A DNA stretch of 63,652 nucleotides, filler included, from Octopus bimaculoides (lineage: Eukaryota): NCBI RefSeq assembly GCF_001194135.2. It is 7 parts of 7 records of this genome, joined end to end, with 100 filler letters (N's around TTAATTAATTAA, not from the genome) between each part and the next. Parts side by side here need not be neighbours in the genome. Positions count along the whole stretch, not along the records: positions 1 to 17,988 come from NC_069003.1; 6 more parts are not named here. One strand, written 5' to 3'. Below the pieces are notes generated by a model. It had not been told where the DNA came from and did not search any database. It worked only from the letters and a program-made list of their open reading frames with translations. How positions within the stretch are numbered: the stretch's first letter is position 1; each line of letters opens with the position of its first letter. The translations under genes were made by a program, and so were the position numbers. Positions 1-11,464 of this stretch are shown here, one piece after another.

Positions 1-56
1 CCTCTCTCTCTCCTATTCTCTCGCTTTATGTGTATAAATATATATATATATATATA

Positions 57-57
57 G

Positions 58-127
<70 letters not shown>

Positions 128-249
128 TTCATTCTATTTCGCACAAATGCTGTGCACCCACAGGTGAATCCCAGAGTAAGATATTGAACTATTATTAGTT
201 TCAACTATGGTATCGTGTACTCTTTTTCTCCGGCAATCAATACTAAATG

Positions 250-283
<34 letters not shown>

Positions 284-335
284 CATACATACATACATAC
301 ATACATACATACATACATACATACATACATACATA
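57..335. repeat. Microsatellite cluster: (ATT)n at 57-127, (TAGA)n/(TACA)n at 249-335
   Basis: Simple repeats read directly from the sequence. Confidence 0.97.
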
Positions 336-664
336 CAAATGTGTGTGTGTATGTGTACATTTATTCATATCCTCTCACGTCATGGCTCTTTCTCTTTGAT
401 TGTTCTTATTGCTGTAAATTCCCGTCAAATCTGATAAATCAGATGCACTACATAGAAAGATATCGAGACAAAACTTTCGAACGTGTTTGTTACGTTTTAG
501 TCACAGCTGTCTTATTCATTGACTTTTACCCATTTATTTGACTGGTTTCAGTCAATGAATTATTGCCTGATATTGTCTTCGAAATTAAATTCTTTATATT
601 AATAAACTTTTCTCTTCATTAATCTCTAATGATGCCACGTTCATCATCACTGATTGATATAATG

Positions 665-990
665 ACCCCAGGACTTATTCTTTGTAAACCTAATACTTAT
701 TCTATCGGCTCCTTTGCCTAACCCCTAAGCTACGAGGACGTAAACACACCAGCATCAGTTGTCAAGCGACGTTGGGCGGACAAAACACAGACACACAAAC
801 ATACATACATATATACATATACACAACGAGCTTCTTTCAGTTTCCGTCTACCAAATCCACTCACAAGGCTTTGGTCGGCCCAAGATTACAGAAGAAGACA
901 CTTGCCCAAGATATCACGCAGCGGGACTGAACCCGAAACCATGTGGTTGGTTAGCAATCTACTTACCATACAGCCACTCTTGCGCTTATA
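665..990 (-). mobile_element. tRNA-derived SINE, family A (central microsatellite, CR1-LINE-like tail)
   Basis: Minus strand starts GCGCAAGAGTGGCTGTATGGTAAG (A-box-like) and has GGTTCAGTCCC (B-box-like), followed by CTTGGGCAAGTGTCTT (CORE-like). Homologous to many other copies in the window. Confidence 0.85.
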
Positions 991-1038
991 AATATGTATG
1001 TATGTATGTATGTATGTGTGTATATGGGTGTATGTACG

Positions 1039-1075
<37 letters not shown>

Positions 1076-1679
1076 AAAACTATATTTTTAGTATTGAGTA
1101 TTCTCTGTTCTCTTTCCCAATCCCTCTTAAAACTTCGCACAAGCATATACACACATACATACATATATTCACGCATAAAGACATACTTATGCGTCCATAT
1201 GATATGGAAAAATAGATATATAGATAGATAGACAGGCAGACAGACAGACAGAAGGACGAACGGACGAACGGGCGGACGGACGGACGGATGGATCGATCGG
1301 ATTGGATTGGTTTGGATTAGATATTACTTCAGGACGTGATGAACCCCAACTTAAACGAGTATCAAGGCTCAGCTTGGTCCAGCTGACAGTACTTGCGTCT
1401 TCTCAAGTTCTTTCTCCTTCTACAGAATAATATGAAGAACATTGTTCTAGAGCTGCTCACTCTGCTCACAAATTCATTTACATACTTCTCGTTCATGTCA
1501 ACAGCCAACAGGTCATGCTAACCCTCATCTTTGATTAACTTTTGCTAGCATCCCAATTACAGTACCCTCTATATCCTCCCCCAACCAATAAATCCACCAC
1601 TTTAATGATCTTTCTGCATCTCTCTTTCTCCGTCTCTCTCCCAATCTCTCTCTTTCTCGATATATATATATATATACAT

Positions 1680-3545
1680 GTATATGATGTGTTGTGAATT
1701 TATGGAAAAAAATCCCATAGAACTCAACAATTTCATAATTCATGAAGGTAAATATTGGACCAGGAAAGACACACCAGACTGTTTCGATGTACCCATGGGC
1801 GCACAAGACTCCGCAGAGGTAACTAATTTAGTCGGGATTTACCTACTACACCAACTTAAAGAATAATTCCTTGAATTAGAAGGTGGACTTTACCGGGACG
1901 ACGCTCTATTCTTAGAAATACCTCCAACAGAAAACCTGAACTCTACAAAATGAGAGTACACAATTTTTTTTTAAAAACCAAGGACTACCCATTACCATTG
2001 AAAAAGATAACAACTCTGTGAACTTCCTAGATGTTAACTTCAATCTCAATACTTCCTCCCATCAGCCTTACAATAAACCTAACAATATCACATACATAAA
2101 CGCACAAAGTAACCATCCAAATAACATTATAGAAAACCTGACCACTAGCATAGAGAGAAGAATTAATCTATTATCATCTAATGAAGAAATATTCAACAAC
2201 CATAAAGACTACTATAACCTAGCACTTGAGAAGGCAGCATATAAATATAAAATTAAGTATAATAAAAACGACAGCATCAATACTAATAATACCAAACCTT
2301 ATCTTGAAATGAATAACGTAGATAATATTAGTGAACCTAAGTCACCTGATGAATTAGTACACCCCATTAAACATAAAAAACTCTCAATAATAGTCATCAG
2401 TATAACTTTAGCAAAAAAACACGAAAATCGCAACTACAATAAACATACTAATAAACTTAATCAATACGAGCACCATATCCATAACTTTACTAAAGGAAAA
2501 AAAACATAAATTTTAGCAATTCCCACGTTACTAACCACACTTATATTAATATTAATAAACCCAAGAATACTGACAACAAACACCAAAACTGTTTAATTAT
2601 AGATAAAAATAGGAATATTAAACCAAAAACAGAAAAAATGAAAATAATCTAAACTCACCTAATTCCTTCAATAATGCACATAACCATAGAACTCAAATTA
2701 ATATAGATGGGAATAGAATAGCAAAAAAGAAACCAATACCTTGTGTGAGAATAGCTGACGGCCTCCCCACCTCAAACACAACCCATAATTCCACTAAAGA
2801 AAACAACAATAACACTACTTGGATTATGATCCCTTTTGCCAAACATCTAAAATTTAACTTTATCAGATCCATTAGAATGATAATTAATAAAAACTTTAAA
2901 AACTCTAAATAATGAAAAAAAAATTAATAATAAAAAAATTAGACTTTGGTTTTCTGTCTTTCCAAATCTCTTTAGGATAATCTCTACTTTTAACAATAAG
3001 AAAGTGGATCTATTCTATAATTAAAAAAAAGCTACGTTAAATGTACCTAGTACCCCCAATAATCCTATAATTAACTACTACTATAATAATAACCAGAACT
3101 TCATTATCCCTAATAAACATAGACATAACACCTTGGTACCACCCAATAATTTAAATTGTAATTGTAGAGACCCAAATGCCTGTGAAGTAGATAGAAATTG
3201 CAAAATGAAAGAAGTTGTATACCAAGCAGCTATTATAACGCAGAACTCCTCTAAATACATATACGGGGGTTGCATATACGAGAATTTATAACCATAGATC
3301 TTCTTTTAAGGACCCTAGAAAAGAGAATAGCACAGGTCAACATTTGGCACCTGAAAAGAAACAATATTGATTTCTCAATTTCTTGGAAAATCCTATCATT
3401 TGCCCCCTCTTACAGACATAATAATAAAATTCGTAGGTTGTGTTTGGACGTAAGCTGTAGCATAATGAGAATGAATGGAAATCTGATTAATACTAGGGAT
3501 GAAAAAGTTTCCCCTGTGAACACATGACCAAATTTCTATTTATCA
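1680..3545 (+). mobile_element. Decayed Penelope-like element: RT plus C-terminal GIY-YIG endonuclease, probably Hydra-type
   Basis: FDVPMGAQDSAEVTNLVG at 1783, in-frame GLYRDD at 1891, NFLDVNFNL..PYNKPN..SNHP at 2018, CNCRDPNACEVDRNC at 3157, then VVYQA..YIYGG, YNHRSSF, IWHLK..ISWKIL and C-E-H-x-x-K-F-L near the end. Several stops and frameshifts. The 5' end abuts a (CT)n/(TA)n tract. Confidence 0.85.
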
Positions 3546-4125
3546 ATCTTAAATAATTCTCCACTCCCCCTTGCTTAGATTAGTTTTTGATGTTTTTAAA
3601 AATATTTCGATATATTATCTTTTTCTATGGAATACGATTACTCATCACATCCACTTTACACCACTATATCTTACACTATGTTGATATATTTATTTATCTA
3701 ATGTTTGCTTCTAACAATTGCATGACCCACCATCTATTGGGCTAACACATTATCTACCTCTCTCTACACCTCCTTTTCTCTCAATATGTCTGTTTTTTTA
3801 AATAATATATTTCTTTACTATATAATATACCTATAATTTTTGTATTTTATTTTATTTGCATTATGTGTCCACTTAAACCCCCTCAACATACCCATTCTAA
3901 CTAATACTGTTTTATGTTACTTGTCACTCTACCTAATAATTAAATATATTTTACTGATAATATATGCAAACATATATAGTACTTCTTGGTGTCCTATATG
4001 CCTACAACCATGTATGCATATCTATTATTATTCTGTGTTTATTCTCTATATATTGCCACTAACGTGTAATTTTTAATATGAACGTGTATATCTGCATACA
4101 CACACACATGCACACACATATATAC

Positions 4126-4159
<34 letters not shown>

Positions 4160-4426
4160 NNNNNNNNNNNNNNNNNNNNNNNNNNNNNNNNNNNNNNNNN
4201 NNNNNNNNNNNNNNNNNNNNNNNNNNNNNNNNNNNNNNNNNNNNNNNNNNNNNNNNNNNNNNNNNNNNNNNNNNNNNNNNNNNNNNNNNNNNNNNNNNNN
4301 NNNNNNNNNNNNNNNNNNNNNNNNNNNNNNNNNNNNNNNNNNNNNNNNNNNNNNNNNNNNNNNNNNNNNNNNNNNNNNNNNNNNNNNNNNNNNNNNNNNN
4401 NNNNNNNNNNNNNNNNNNNNNNNNNN

Positions 4427-4475
<49 letters not shown>

Positions 4476-4884
4476 TCCTCTCTCTCTCTCTCTCTCTCTT
4501 TGTACCGGTATGAGTATATATATTTTTATACGGTGTTCCTTCTTTTATGTATACCCTAATCAAAATACAACTAGAATTCCTATATCTACGTATACTAATG
4601 TGCAGATATGCCTATACTCACGTATGTGTAAATATACTAGCAATTTTTTTCCTTATAGGATTATTTCTTTCTATGAATTTATGCATAAATTTTGTGGATA
4701 CTTATGTGCACCCCCATACTCGTACCTTTTCTTATATTCATAATACGCAATACTCTTCAGTTACTTGAATATTAATACTACCCTAATACCATTATATATC
4801 ACACTCACATTAACTAGTTCCTTACTTCAATTTTTATTTATACTACAACATAGTTACTGTATAACCTTACATACCAATATGTCA

Positions 4885-5185
4885 TCGCTTATTTTCGAGA
4901 TCCGCGATATTGTGCAACGAGACTTCGTACCTCAAGGACAGACTGTCAATCAAGAGTTCTACTGCGACATTTTGAAGCGATTGAGGAGGACATTCGGCGA
5001 AAGCGACCGTATTTGTGGAGCACGAAGAACTGGATTCTTCCCAACGACAATGCACCCAGTCACCGAGCTCTCTCCACTCCTGAGTTTCTCGCCTTATTCT
5101 CTAGGTCTATAGTACCTGCGGAATTCCATCTCTTCCCCAGGGTGAAAATCCAGCTCAAAGGTTGCCGTTTTAACACCGCTGTTGA
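4885..5185 (+). mobile_element. Mariner transposase fragment (catalytic domain)
   Basis: FVPQGQTVNQEFYCDILKRL, then frameshift to RRKRP..WSTKNWILPNDNAPSH..PAEFHLFPRVKIQLKGCRF, matching mariner HHDNAP and PSDFHLFP motifs. Confidence 0.85.
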
Positions 5186-5524
5186 CATATGTATATATGT
5201 ATGTATAGTCATTTGGTCCCAGCAATAATAGTTAAAAATCTAAATTCTCATTTCTGGATGTCAATATTAAAGCTTCCACTGCAGCGCCAATGCGGCCGGT
5301 ACATGATCAATTATATCTATCACTATCTCGACCGACCTCTCTTAATTTCTGTTTGCTGTTAACCAGTCCTTGATATTTGTCAATAGAATTTCACATTTTC
5401 TTTCGACGTTGACTGCGGTTTTTTTTTTTCATGGTGGTGGGTTTAAGGGAATGATGCTGACACGTTTCTGGTGTGATTTATAATGTCATTTTCGTACCTT
5501 ATCTCATCGATCTTGAAAGAATGA

Positions 5525-5630
5525 TAGGCCAAGTTGACCTCAGCGAAATTTGAACTCAGAACGTAAAATTTTACTAAATACCGCTAAACATTTTGACCAG
5601 CGTGCTAACGATTCTGTCTTGCACACCACC
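5525..5630 (-). mobile_element. SINE family B, 5' part
   Basis: Reverse complement contains GAGTTCAAATT (B box) and is homologous to the full copies at 42249-42480 and 59463-59700. Abuts (TAA)n. Confidence 0.75.
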
Positions 5631-5683
<53 letters not shown>

Positions 5684-5684
<1 letters not shown>

Positions 5685-7241
5685 TATATGGATGACCTAA
5701 AATTATATGCAAAAAACGACAAAGAGCTAGAAACACTACTACAGACAGTACACGGCTTTACCAAGGAAATAGAAATGAAATTCGGATTAGAAAAATGTGC
5801 CAAAGCAACCCTGAAAAGAGGAAAATTAGTTAAAAGTAGCAATACAACACTAGATAAAGCCAATGAAATAAGAGAACTAGACGAAAGCCAACCATATAAG
5901 TATTTAGGAGTTAATGAACTAGATAGGATACAACATACACAAATGAAAGAAAAAATNNNNNNNNNNNNNNNNNNNNNNNNNNNNNNNNNNNNNNNNNNNN
6001 NNNNNNNNNNNNNNNNNNNNNNNNNNNNNNNNNNNNNNNNNNNNNNNNNNNNNNNNNNNNNNNNNNNNNNNNNNNNNNNNNNNNNNNNNNNNNNNNNNNN
6101 NNNNNNNNNNNNNNNNNNNNNNNNNNNNNNNNNNNNNNNNNNNNNNNNNNNNNNNNNNNNNNNNNNNNNNNNNNNNNNNNNNNNNNNNNNNNNNNNNNNN
6201 NNNNNNNNNNNNNNNNNNNNNNNNNNNNNNNNNNNNNNNNNNNNNNNNNNNNNNNNNNNNNNNNNNNNNNNNNNNNNNNNNNNNNNNNNNNNNNNNNNNN
6301 NNNNNNNNNNNNNNNNNNNNNNNNNNNNNNNNNNNNNNNNNNNNNNNNNNNNNNNNNNNNNNNNNNNNNNNNNNNNNNNNNNNNNNNNNNNNNNNNNNNN
6401 NNNNNNNNNNNNNNNNNNNNNNNNNNNNNNNNNNNNNNNNNNNNNNNNNNNNNNNNNNNNNNNNNNNNNNNNNNNNNNNNNNNNNNNNNNNNNNNNNNNN
6501 NNNNNNNNNNNNNNNNNNNNNNNNNNNNNNNNNNNNNNNNNNNNNNNNNNNNNNNNNNNNNNNNNNNNNNNNNNNNNNNNNNNNNNNNNNNNNNNNNNNN
6601 NNNNNNNNNNNNNNNNNNNNNNNNNNNNNNNNNNNNNNNNNNNNNNNNNNNNNNNNNNNNNNNNNNNNNNNNNNNNNNNNNNNNNNNNNNNNNNNNNNNN
6701 NNNNNNNNNNNNNNNNNNNNNNNNNNNNNNNNNNNNNNNNNNNNNNNNNNNNNNNNNNNNNNNNNNNNNNNNNNNNNNNNNNNNNNNNNNNNNNNNNNNN
6801 NNNNNNNNNNNNNNNNNNNNNNNNNNNNNNNNNNNNNNNNNNNNNNNNNNNNNNNNNNNNNNNNNNNNNNNNNNNNNNNNNNNNNNNNNNNNNNNNNNNN
6901 NNNNNNNNNNNNNNNNNNNNNNNNNNNNNNNNNNNNNNNNNNNNNNNNNNNNNNNNAGAGATAACTCGAATGTGGAATCTAAAAACAGAAACAATTCCTA
7001 TCATAGTAGGTGCCTTAGGTATAATAAAAAAAATATTCAGACAAATACATAACAAAAATAGCAGGACTTACAAATATATATAACATACAGAAAATTGCAC
7101 TACTGGGTACTGCACACATCCTACGCAAAACACTTTCAATACAGTAAACATAAGAGCACCACAGCAAACCACAGCACATACCCAAGGCGCACAGAGCTGC
7201 GCTCGGTAGTGAAGTGAAAGCACGTTATAAAAATAAAACTA

Positions 7242-7244
<3 letters not shown>
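5684..7244 (+). mobile_element. 5'-truncated R4/Dong-clade non-LTR retrotransposon, copy 1 (middle hidden by a 1-kb gap)
   Basis: YMDDLKLYAK..MKFGLEKCAK..YKYLG (5686-5956); C-terminus EITRMWNLK..IPIIVGALG..QKIALLGTAHILRKTL (6958-7147). (TAA)n on both sides. Confidence 0.88.
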
Positions 7245-7279
<35 letters not shown>

Positions 7280-7302
7280 GAAGAAGAAGAAGAAGAAGAA
7301 TC

Positions 7303-7508
7303 CTTTCTACTATAGGCGCAAGGCCTGCAATTTTGGGGGAGGAGGATAATCGATTGCATCGAACTCAGTACTCAACTGGTACTTATTTTATCGACGCTGA
7401 AAGGTAAAGTCGACCGTGGCGGAATTTGAACTAAGAACGTAAGAACGGACGAAATGTCACCAAACTATTTGCCCGCCATCCTAGCGATTCTGTCAGCTCC
7501 CCATCTTA
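7303..7508 (-). mobile_element. SINE family B
   Basis: Homologous to other B copies (ggcggaatttgaact B box; tcagtactcaactggtacttattttatcgac body). Flanked by (TAA)/(GAA) tracts. Confidence 0.8.
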
Positions 7509-7531
7509 ATAACAATTATAATTATAATAAT

Positions 7532-9417
7532 CTAGACTTAATACGTCTCTCGAAATTACTCGATGGTGTACAATATGGCTATAAAATTTTTGATGAAATA
7601 TAAATCATCTCTTTTACATGGATGATTTAAAGCTCTTTGCAAAACATGGCCAACAACGACAGTGCTTACTAGTAACTGATAAACAGTTCAGTGATGACAC
7701 CAAAATGGAATTTGGCCAAGATAAATGTGCAAAAGCTACCTTTATAAGAGAGAAAATGATAGAAACATCCAGCGTTTATCTTGACCAACAGAAGGAGTTA
7801 AAACCAGCGGAGAGCTACAAATACCTAGGAGTGATGGAATCAAACATTCAATGATGAGGGAAGGAATCAGAAAAGAATGTTATCGCAAGGTAAGGGAAAT
7901 ACTCAAGACAGAGCTGAATACAAGAAACAGGATCGAAGCGATCAATACTTTAGCCATACCAGTCGTGACTTACAGTTTCAAAATCATTAACTGGTCAATT
8001 ACTGAAATCTGTAATCTTGACAGCAAAATATGTAAATTGGTAACAATGAATAGAATGGGCCACCCTAAGGTAGATTTAGAACAACTTTATCTGCCAAGGA
8101 AAGAGGGTGGCTGTGGACTTTTACAACTGGAATTCACAATGAAGATTGCCACAATTGGCCTAAACACTTACCTGAAAATTTGTGATGAGTGGATGCTAAA
8201 ACTTGTCTTAAAGCATGAAAACAAGAAAACAAGAAAACATCATACTCAATAACAAAACGGGCAAAGAAATAGCTAAGTGAATTCCAAATACAACAAATCC
8301 CAGAATAAGACGTACTGGAAACAAGCACGGAAAAAGCTGAGCGTATGAAAGCCCTTGCTAAAACTGCTGCTTTAAATATTCTTACTGATAAATGGCAAGA
8401 AAAACCTCTCAACAGCAAATACCCAAAGAGAGCTAATAACGTTCATGTAGACAAAGCCCTTACCCATCAATGGTTAGTGTCTTCTGGCTGAAAATCAGAG
8501 AGAGAAGGGTTTGTCATAGCAGCCCAAGATCAATGCCTACCTACCTACAAGAAGCTACCATGCCAATATCTTAAAGAACGGCACTAGTCCAGCATATCGT
8601 GTATGTAAACAACAAACTGAAACCACCGATCATGTCTCCATGTGCAACCTTCTTGCGCCTACAGAGTATCTCAACAGGCATGATAGAGCCACACAGTATA
8701 TTCACTGGGTAATTTGCAATGACTCGCACCTGCCCCATGAAAAAAACTGCTAGGAACACAAACTACCGACAGTGCTTGAAAATGACCACATCTCTCTCCT
8801 TTGGAACTTCAACATTCAAACTGATAGAAAGATGCAAATAGGCCAGACATTACATTGAAATATTTCAGACAAAAATCATGTCTCCTCATCGATATTACTG
8901 TTCCAATCAATATAAACGTATCTGTCAAGACCTACCAAAATCTGAGCAAGTATAAAGATCTTGAAAGAGAAATTGACAAAATGTAGAAGCTCAAGATTAA
9001 AATAATACCTGTTGTCATAGGTGCCCTGGGAATGATAGCAAAAGGGACTGATTGCTACCTAGATAAGATACCAGGAAATCCAAAAATGAAAGAGACTCAA
9101 AACATAGTACTGATGATAACTGCTCATATCCTCCGAAACTATTGTCTATGTAATCCCCAAAACATTTTAATCTGTAAACAGTGTTAAAATACTTTTAAAT
9201 GTTCATAATAGCAAATAACTTTTACTGTAATCTTAACATCGTAATATAATCTTATAATCAAATTACTTTTAAAACAAACTTCTAATTTGCTTATGTCTCT
9301 GTGCAAGACCATGGCACCCTAGTCATAACACCAACTTGAACTTCTAACTTGTTGTATTTTGAGGTCTCTGGGTTAGACTTCGAGTGAACTTGTACAAGTA
9401 CAAAGCAAAAGCCGAAC
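7532..9417 (+). mobile_element. 5'-truncated R4/Dong-clade retrotransposon, copy 2 (decayed)
   Basis: HLFYMDDLKLF, EFGQDKCAK, YKYLG, NRIEAINTLAIPVVTYSF, LYLPRKEGGCGL, CCHC knuckle (about 8590-8650), RPD endonuclease motif (aggccagac, about 8840), VIGALG. The 3' UTR ends gccgaac followed by (ATA)n. Confidence 0.92.
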
Positions 9418-9545
<128 letters not shown>

Positions 9546-9563
9546 TCCCACCGCTGCCACCAA

Positions 9564-10097
9564 TGCCCGGATGCAGTACCAGGCAGTGGCTCTCATCGCT
9601 TCTTATCTTAATTGATTGGAAGTGTTATCATGTCTTGGTATAAAAGATGGCCAACAGCAAATATTCTGCTTCATAACACAGATTTGCTTCTCAGTTGTTT
9701 GACCTTAACCAGTTGAGCATGTCCCTTGGTGGCTGACGATATGTGCATCTCTGATCATGAGCAGAAGTAGTGGGGGAGCATCATAGCCATGTGTTGAGAG
9801 GAATTCTTTGGGGTTTGAATAATTCACCTTTGGAAACATGGGTGTTTTGCTCAACATCCTTTAAAAAAACCTTATTCAGGGATCTTTTGAGTGGGATGGG
9901 CTACTTGACTTAAAGAAAATTCTAACTGGGCCCCACCTACAAGATCATGCGCTGTTTATCTTGATATGAGATCACCATGTCGCGCACATATGGTTGTGAT
10001 TGTGTACCCTTATCAGACGAGTAGTCATGATGGGTATAATGGGCTTCGTATATTTTACCCCAGTATCACTCTGATAGTATGTACTGCTCTCTCACTC
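9564..10097. mobile_element. Unidentified ~530-bp non-coding repeat ('X'), copy 1, flanked by (TAA)n
   Basis: Collinear over its length with 15329-15828 and 16347-16896. All three end ctc(t/a)(c/a)actc|aat. Confidence 0.8.
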
Positions 10098-10679
10098 AAT
10101 AATAATAATAATAATAATAATATGAGGAAGAGCTCCACGCTGAATAACAACACCGGGCTTTCCATACAAAAACAAACCTAATCTGATAACATCGGTGGAA
10201 TGGGATAAAAGAACCTGTGGGAGACTTGAAAGAATCGGCCTTTTAATGAAAATAATCACAAAAACGAAATTTTGCTGCTATACAAAGAATATTTTCTCCC
10301 ATAAACGACGTCTCAGTGAAACATGTGCGAAAGACGCATGCGAAGTTAACATCGGGAAGTTTACAAATTATAAAATATAAGTGGAACAAAACAGTAAGCA
10401 AATTGATTAATTACTCATACGCTAGAATGTCTATACAATCATATATATATATTTTAATACCCAATGGACTACACATACGTCCCAATGTTTGCACAACTAC
10501 GAGAAATTTACAGGACATACATACACATATATGAAAGCATGTGTCACAAACGAAGCAGAAAAAAATAACAAAACATTTTTTTTTATTTTTCGAACTGACA
10601 CAATGAACAATTCATAAGTTTAAAAACATCACAAAAAAAACTATGCCCAGAGATAAGGCAAGAGTAATAATGCATCCTT

Positions 10680-11460
10680 TCATGTGCATGTTTCTAAATT
10701 GTCAATGAAATGCAGGCGACTGACCGGATGGATTCTTAGAACTTTTAGAACAAGAGATCAGGAAACCATGATGGTCCTCTGGAGGACACTTGTCCTAAGC
10801 CACTTTGACTATTGCTCTCAGCTATGGTCACCAACCAGTGTCAAATTAATCTCAGAACTTGAGGCAATCCAACGAAGCTATACGAAGAAGATAGCCTCTA
10901 TGCAGCATATAAGCTATTGGGAAACACTCAAGAGATTAAAACTCTATTCCTTAGAGCGTAGGCGAGAAAGATATGCTATAATATACATCTGGAAGATCCT
11001 CGAAGGAATTGTCCGAAATTTTGACATCGAAAGTTACACAAATAAAAGAACTGGACGCCACTGCATAGTGCCAAGAACTCCAAATTTGCCATCAAGATGT
11101 AGGACAAGATACTGCAATAGCCTGGGCTTCAGAGGTCCACAGCTCTTCAATATCCTCCCGAAGGACCTGAGAGACCTGCATGGGGTGGATGTAGATATCT
11201 TCAAAATAAAGCTGGACCTCTTACTGTCAAGTGTCCCAGATGAACCAACTTCGCGACAGAAGGTGCAGATGAGGGCAGCTGCATCAAACTCTCTCATGCA
11301 CCAATTGTCAATTCCTGAAGTAAAATATGTGAAGTAAAATATGTGAGGTAAAATATGTGAAGTAAAATTATGTAGCAACACCAAATGGCGGTGCCCCAGC
11401 ATGGCCACAGCTCATGAGCTGAAACTAGATAAAATGAAAAAAAACAATAAAATGAAAAAA
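10680..11460 (+). mobile_element. CR1-group (CR1/L2/Crack-like) LINE, 3' fragment with open 217-aa ORF end and intact tail
   Basis: GWILRTFRTRD..LSHFDYCSQLWSP..LEAIQR..LYSLERRRERYAIIYIWKI..RGPQLFNILP..FKIKLD. The 3' UTR has four 14-bp repeats and a GGCGGTGCCCCAGCATGGCC tail with A-rich end. The clade within the CR1 group is not resolved. Confidence 0.85.
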
Positions 11461-11464
11461 AGAC

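Noticed and set aside
514-560. 11-bp inverted repeat ATTCATTGACT / AGTCAATGAAT
   Set aside because: Short and AT-rich, with no TSD, ribozyme core or second copy.
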